A program made the position numbers and the translations under genes. Of a stretch of 64,000 bases of DNA, positions 59,922-64,000 are shown in pieces. A model generated the notes under the pieces. It had not been told where the DNA came from. It did no database searches and worked only from the letters and a program-made list of their open reading frames with translations. The stretch lies in NCBI GenBank assembly GCA_964624795.1, contig CAZUZS010000015.1, positions 2,663 to 66,662 on the forward strand, read 5' to 3'. Position 1 is the first letter of the stretch. Each line of letters opens with the position of its first letter. Source of the stretch: an uncultured Calditrichaceae bacterium (GTDB taxonomy: Bacteria > Calditrichota > Calditrichia > RBG-13-44-9).

Positions 59922-61982
59922 TTAGTCCGTCTGGGTACTCATCCATTGCTCAAAGGCATCGAATGAGAAATCCCTGCCCAGGAACTCTTTAACCATTGAA
60001 GCAGCATCTTTCGAGCCGCCCGGCTCGAGAATGAGCTTCCGGTATCGTGTAGCAACCGCAGAATTATTCATTCCCTCTTTCTGAAACACGCTGAAAAGAT
60101 CCTTGGCAATTACCTCGGACCACATATAGGTATAGTAAATCGCGGAATAGTTATCCAAATGACCAAATGACACATACATGTGGGTATCGTCTACATATTG
60201 GAAAGGTGTGTATTCAGCCTGCAATTTTTTCATCGTGGTCAGCGGATCGAATTTGGTGTAATCCTGATTATAGAAGTTCAGCGAGATGGCTGCGTAGAAC
60301 ATTTGCTGTTCGGTATTCAGCCCCAGGTCGAATTTGCGCGTGCGATTCATTTTGTTGATCAGGTCGTCAGGGATGACCTCTCCTGCTTCATTCCGGGCAA
60401 ACATTTTCAGGATAGCAGGATCCCATGCCCATTCCTGCAGCAGAATGGAAGGCGTTTCCACAAAATCCCATTCCGTCTTTATCCCGGAGATACCTACCCA
60501 TTGCTGGCGGCCGGCAAAAATATGGTGCAGCAGGTGCCCGAATTCATGGAAAAAAGTTTCCACCTGCTCATGCTCCATCAAACCGGGAGTTCCATCCCCT
60601 CCGGGAAAATTGCACACCAGTGCCGCTTCGGGAACTTGCCGGCCTTCAACGCCGGTAACCACCTGCGACATCATGGCATGTTTGTATTTATCTTTCCTGG
60701 GATGCATATCCAGGTAGAATCTTCCGATGAGCGTATCGCCGCTCCATATTTCATACGGCTCAACACTCTTGTCCCAAACCGGAACATCCGCCTTTTTATA
60801 ACTCACTTTGAAGAGGTGTCCGGTAATCTTGAACAGACCATCCCGAACCCGGTCGTAAGCAAAATACTGGCGAAGCGCCTGTGAATCGAAATCGTAATTT
60901 TCTTTTTTGACCAATTCGCCGATATATGTTTTTTGCCAGTCGCCAACTTCTTTGGCAGCAGGATTTTCGACCTGCAATCGCCGGAGCAGTTCGCGGTAAT
61001 CGGTGGCAGCGCTTTTTTCTGCTATTTCCGACACCCTTTTAATAAAATTACCGGCAGCCTCCGGATTTTTAATCATTTTGTCTTCGGTTACATAATATGC
61101 ATAATTTTTATAGCCCAGAATTTTGGCAAGCTCATACCGTTTTGCTAACATATCATGCAGAACGGTTTCATTTGCCGGATAGCCGCGATTCCGATATTTT
61201 TTGTACAGTTCGAAGCGCAGGGGATCGGACTTGGCATAAGCAATGAACGGAAAATAATCTGGGTAATCGGTGGTAATGGTGATTTTGCCGTCCGGTCCGG
61301 GTTGATGATTTTCAATGAAATCCTGTGGTAATCCCGCCAACTGATCTGGAGAATCCAGCTTGATGGAGCGGACATCCTCGCGGATATTCTTGCTGAAATC
61401 CTGCCCGATTTTCACCAGGTCTTCCTGCAGTTTCTGAATTTTTTCACGGGTGGCTGGGTCCTTATCAACACCCGATCTCCTGAAATCGCGCAGCGTTTTG
61501 CTGACATAGTACCGGGTAGTAGCATCTTCACCCGAGACATCCACGGCGGATATGGCATCGTAAACCGGTCGCGAGAGCTGCAATTCCGTCTCCAGTTTCG
61601 AGAATTCCTGCTCGTATTTTGCCGCTACTTCCCTTACGCCCGGATCGGGATGCACCGCCTGGTAGAGGCTGGTCAGGTTCAGGCGGCGGTCCAGAATAAT
61701 GTCCAAATCATTCATAGGTACCAGCACGGTGGCGATGGTTTTGGGTCCGCTGATCGCCTTTAGCGCTTCGAACGCTTGCCGCGCCTGGACCAAATCCTGT
61801 TCACAGGCGTTCTGGAAAGCTGTTGCCGCTTCACTTTTGGTTTGCGTACCGGTTTTGTCCCCGGCATCCTGCGCCATCGCCGCACTCAGAAAAATAAATA
61901 AAAAACTCAAAATCACAAGATTAGACTTCCACATCGAATCCATCCTCCATACATTGATCAGATTAATTGATTTAAAACTCAT
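59922..61982 (-). CDS. Secreted M3-family zinc metallo-oligopeptidase (Dcp/oligopeptidase A-like)
   Basis: HEFGHLLHH zinc motif, 686 aa, N-terminal signal peptide (LVILSFLFIFLSAAMA-QD). The true start may be an internal ATG (MDSMWKS or MWKS), up to 48 nt downstream of the track start. Confidence 0.9.
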   Translation of the reverse strand: MSFKSINLINVWRMDSMWKSNLVILSFLFIFLSAAMAQDAGDKTGTQTKSEAATAFQNACEQDLVQARQAFEALKAISGPKTIATVLVPMNDLDIILDRRLNLTSLYQAVHPDPGVREVAAKYEQEFSKLETELQLSRPVYDAISAVDVSGEDATTRYYVSKTLRDFRRSGVDKDPATREKIQKLQEDLVKIGQDFSKNIREDVRSIKLDSPDQLAGLPQDFIENHQPGPDGKITITTDYPDYFPFIAYAKSDPLRFELYKKYRNRGYPANETVLHDMLAKRYELAKILGYKNYAYYVTEDKMIKNPEAAGNFIKRVSEIAEKSAATDYRELLRRLQVENPAAKEVGDWQKTYIGELVKKENYDFDSQALRQYFAYDRVRDGLFKITGHLFKVSYKKADVPVWDKSVEPYEIWSGDTLIGRFYLDMHPRKDKYKHAMMSQVVTGVEGRQVPEAALVCNFPGGDGTPGLMEHEQVETFFHEFGHLLHHIFAGRQQWVGISGIKTEWDFVETPSILLQEWAWDPAILKMFARNEAGEVIPDDLINKMNRTRKFDLGLNTEQQMFYAAISLNFYNQDYTKFDPLTTMKKLQAEYTPFQYVDDTHMYVSFGHLDNYSAIYYTYMWSEVIAKDLFSVFQKEGMNNSAVATRYRKLILEPGGSKDAASMVKEFLGRDFSFDAFEQWMSTQTD

Positions 61983-62168
61983 AGCGGAGAAAATTACGGC
62001 AAAAATCCGCTTTTTGTTACCGCAAATTTAAATGTGGTCAAAGATGAGGGTCTAACGTCTATTCGCCAATTCAGGAAAAAATACGTTTGGTCAGCGAGAA
62101 GGATATTGTTTGCATGTGCTAAGAAACAACAAAATCGGGCACGAAGAGACGCTAAAAATCAATAATCC

Positions 62169-63137
62169 CTATTCTTCAATCGCTCCCTGTTTCAGCAGCC
62201 ATTTACAGCTCAATTCCACGAGTTGACGCGTCAGTTCCGGATTCCCCGGGTTCATATGCCCAGCGTCTAAATTAACAATGGTTTTTGGTTCGAGAACCAT
62301 CTCCTGAAGCTTTCGCCAACTACTTTCCGGAATTTGATTATCCTGCAAACCGTTGATGATTAGGAATTTTGGCTGCATGAAAGGTACATGTAACGCCGGT
62401 TCTGCCGGCCGGATGGCAGTTGCCGCTCCCCAGGCAACAATCCAGCGAGAAGCCGGCGACAGAAAACGAAGATTATTCTTTAATATTTCAAAAGCATTCA
62501 CGCCGCCGTAGGCAATGATACCCGGTCCCAAGTAAAATTTGTGTTCTAAGCATAAATGGTAAACAGCCGGCACAAAAAGAGCACCAAAACTGTATCCCGC
62601 CACGCTGACCCGTTCTTCATCCGCCCATGGCTGCCTGGCGGCCCAACCCGCCAGAGCCTCTACCTGGGCGGGCACCTTCAAAACCGATTCCCTGATAACC
62701 GGTAATTGGGTCAGCGGCGTTCCGTCATACCAGTACCTGGGACTGTATGGATATTCATACGCAATCACCGCGTTCCGCCCATGTTTTGTGATGTATTTCA
62801 AACTTTCCCTGCCAATCTCCAACCCACCTAAAACGATTAATACCGGCAAATCATGCTCAGTCAAATCCTTCGGCAAACTCACGGTCGCTCGCATCAATCC
62901 GACTTCCTTTCCGCAAAGTGACAGGTCGATATAGGTCCGGGTTTCGGCGGCAAGCTGAACAGAATACGCGCTATCCCGAACAACGGAAAGATCTGATGTA
63001 CCCCGCTCCAGTGCCGAAACCGGGTTTCTGATATACTGCCAACCGCACCACATCAAGACAACCAAAAGGAAGATAAAGATAAGAAGTAAAAAGGTTTTGA
63101 ACGCCTTTCTTAATATTCTTATCATGGGCTTCCCCAT
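62169..63137 (-). CDS. Membrane-anchored alpha/beta hydrolase
   Basis: N-terminal TM helix and GYSFGA nucleophile elbow (GxSxG). Confidence 0.8.
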   Translation of the reverse strand: MGKPMIRILRKAFKTFLLLIFIFLLVVLMWCGWQYIRNPVSALERGTSDLSVVRDSAYSVQLAAETRTYIDLSLCGKEVGLMRATVSLPKDLTEHDLPVLIVLGGLEIGRESLKYITKHGRNAVIAYEYPYSPRYWYDGTPLTQLPVIRESVLKVPAQVEALAGWAARQPWADEERVSVAGYSFGALFVPAVYHLCLEHKFYLGPGIIAYGGVNAFEILKNNLRFLSPASRWIVAWGAATAIRPAEPALHVPFMQPKFLIINGLQDNQIPESSWRKLQEMVLEPKTIVNLDAGHMNPGNPELTRQLVELSCKWLLKQGAIEE

Positions 63138-63326
63138 TTACAGTGGAATCTTGCCGCACCTCTGCACGAGACTCCTTTTTGCGTACTCACCCACATGATT
63201 TTAACGTATCTGGACTTGCTTTGCTCCGGTATTTCATTTTTTAAACCGCTTTGAAATTTCCCCCGCAGTTTCTAAGTTATGGTGTTTATTACGATTGTAA
63301 AGACAGCTTTTTAAAAGAGAAACCGA

Positions 63327-64000
63327 ATGATGATACCGTTGCGTTTGGACAGTTCTGTGGCTCACCTGGTTAATATTGCGGTTCTTGTAGAAGCGTTAAA
63401 AATCACTGGCATTGTGCTGGTAATGATGATCCTGGTGGATTTTGTAGATGTGCGCACCAGGGGAAAACTTCAGCAGTGGGTTTCTGGTCACAAAATACAG
63501 CAATATTTCACAACCAGCATTCTTGGGATTACGCCTGGCTGCACAGGTTCGTTCATGAACGTTTCGCTTTATATGCACGGATTTCTGACATTGGGTGCCA
63601 TTACCGGAAGCATGATTGCCACCAGCGGAGATGCGGCATTCGTCATGCTTGCCAAATTTCCCAAAGTCGCTATTCTCCTAAATCTGCTGCTGCTGCTGCT
63701 GGGAGTTGTCTTTGCGTACATCACCGATTTCCTGGTGAGAAAATTCAAGATCAAACACTGCAAGGAGTGCGGATTGCAGGTTTACCACCGGGATGAAAAT
63801 TCTGCCGGGCACTACTTCAAAGAACACATCTGGGGACATCTCATCAAGAAACACATCTGGCGCGTTTTTTTGTGGACTTTCGCAGCCCTGTTGATCATTC
63901 ATGTCGGGATGGAATATTTCAATCTTGAGGCGTTCGCAAAAGGTCATGCGGTGTTATTGCTGCTTAGCGCGGTTTTTCTGGGGCTTATTCCGGATGCGGC
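63327..64000 (+). CDS. Polytopic membrane protein, 3'-truncated (possible metal-exporter-like family)
   Basis: ATG ATG start. Hydrophobic segments, a TSGDAAF motif, and a cytoplasmic loop with CKECG and HxW repeats. The ORF is open to the window end. Confidence 0.55.
   Translation, partial: MMIPLRLDSSVAHLVNIAVLVEALKITGIVLVMMILVDFVDVRTRGKLQQWVSGHKIQQYFTTSILGITPGCTGSFMNVSLYMHGFLTLGAITGSMIATSGDAAFVMLAKFPKVAILLNLLLLLLGVVFAYITDFLVRKFKIKHCKECGLQVYHRDENSAGHYFKEHIWGHLIKKHIWRVFLWTFAALLIIHVGMEYFNLEAFAKGHAVLLLLSAVFLGLIPDA

Noticed and set aside
61983-62016. Hairpin AGCGGA-17 nt-UCCGCU plus U5 on the plus strand, upstream of the peptidase start
   Set aside because: There is no plus-strand gene upstream for it to terminate. 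On the minus strand it directly abuts the annotated peptidase ATG. It may be a weak terminator for the hydrolase gene or part of the 5' UTR. The evidence is too weak to call.
63679-63696. (CTG)6 trinucleotide run
   Set aside because: It lies in-frame inside the last membrane-protein gene, encoding a poly-Leu stretch of a TM helix. It is short and unlikely to be a phase-variation tract.

Overview
This 64 kb window is a bacterial chromosomal segment of about 50% GC. It is densely coding, mostly on the minus strand, and almost entirely core housekeeping genes. There is no CRISPR array, integrase, transposase or prophage content.

Gene content, in order:
- Pyruvate dehydrogenase genes in the order lpd, aceE, aceF. 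aceF is truncated at the window start.
- A complete division/cell-wall (dcw) cluster: mraZ-rsmH-ftsL-ftsI-murE-murF-mraY-murD-ftsW-murG-murC-murB-ftsQ-ftsA-ftsZ. There is no ddl. FtsI carries two C-terminal PASTA-like repeats.
- yebC-ruvC-ruvA-ruvB-queA.
- A SPOR-domain lipoprotein, nifS/iscS, an ArsC/Spx-family protein, an MBL-fold hydrolase, a glycerophosphodiester phosphodiesterase, a ferredoxin, queG and dxs.
- A selenocysteine-incorporation operon: CNNM/CorB-like gene, selA, selB.
- ybeY with its upstream 7TM-HD membrane protein.
- An acyl-CoA ligase, a DUF4416-like protein, purM and a GalT-like HIT protein.
- tRNA genes: Glu(CUC), Arg(UCG), Leu(UAG), Ser(GCU), Ser(UGA).
- Two RNA methyltransferases (TrmH-family, RlmD), a standalone trpB2, an M3 metallopeptidase, an alpha/beta hydrolase, and a partial membrane protein at the 3' edge.

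Most interesting observations:
1. A previously unannotated Trp-codon-rich leader peptide lies upstream of the monocistronic trpB2. It encodes 28 aa with 5 Trp, three of them consecutive. It has its own Shine-Dalgarno sequence and a near-consensus promoter. An intrinsic terminator follows it, and a Trp-codon-overlapping segment can pair with the terminator's 5' arm. This is a classic ribosome-mediated attenuator.
2. A tightly packed three-gene operon encodes a REC-like/DUF4388/MglA-like P-loop GTPase fusion, a second REC-like/DUF4388 protein and a 160-aa partner. This is a putative polarity/motility-type G-protein switch of unknown function.
3. A degenerate, insertion-disrupted second copy of the 3' two-thirds of tRNA-Ser(UGA) lies 65 bp downstream of the intact gene. 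It is followed by ACTTCC-type short repeats and a heptamer tandem array.
4. Two small SD-led hydrophobic peptide ORFs lie in the tRNA intergenic regions. A tiny K/I-rich uORF sits in an unusual 195-nt gap inside the dcw operon.

I could not recognise any structured RNA (RNase P, tmRNA, SRP, 6S, tRNA-Sec) in the window.
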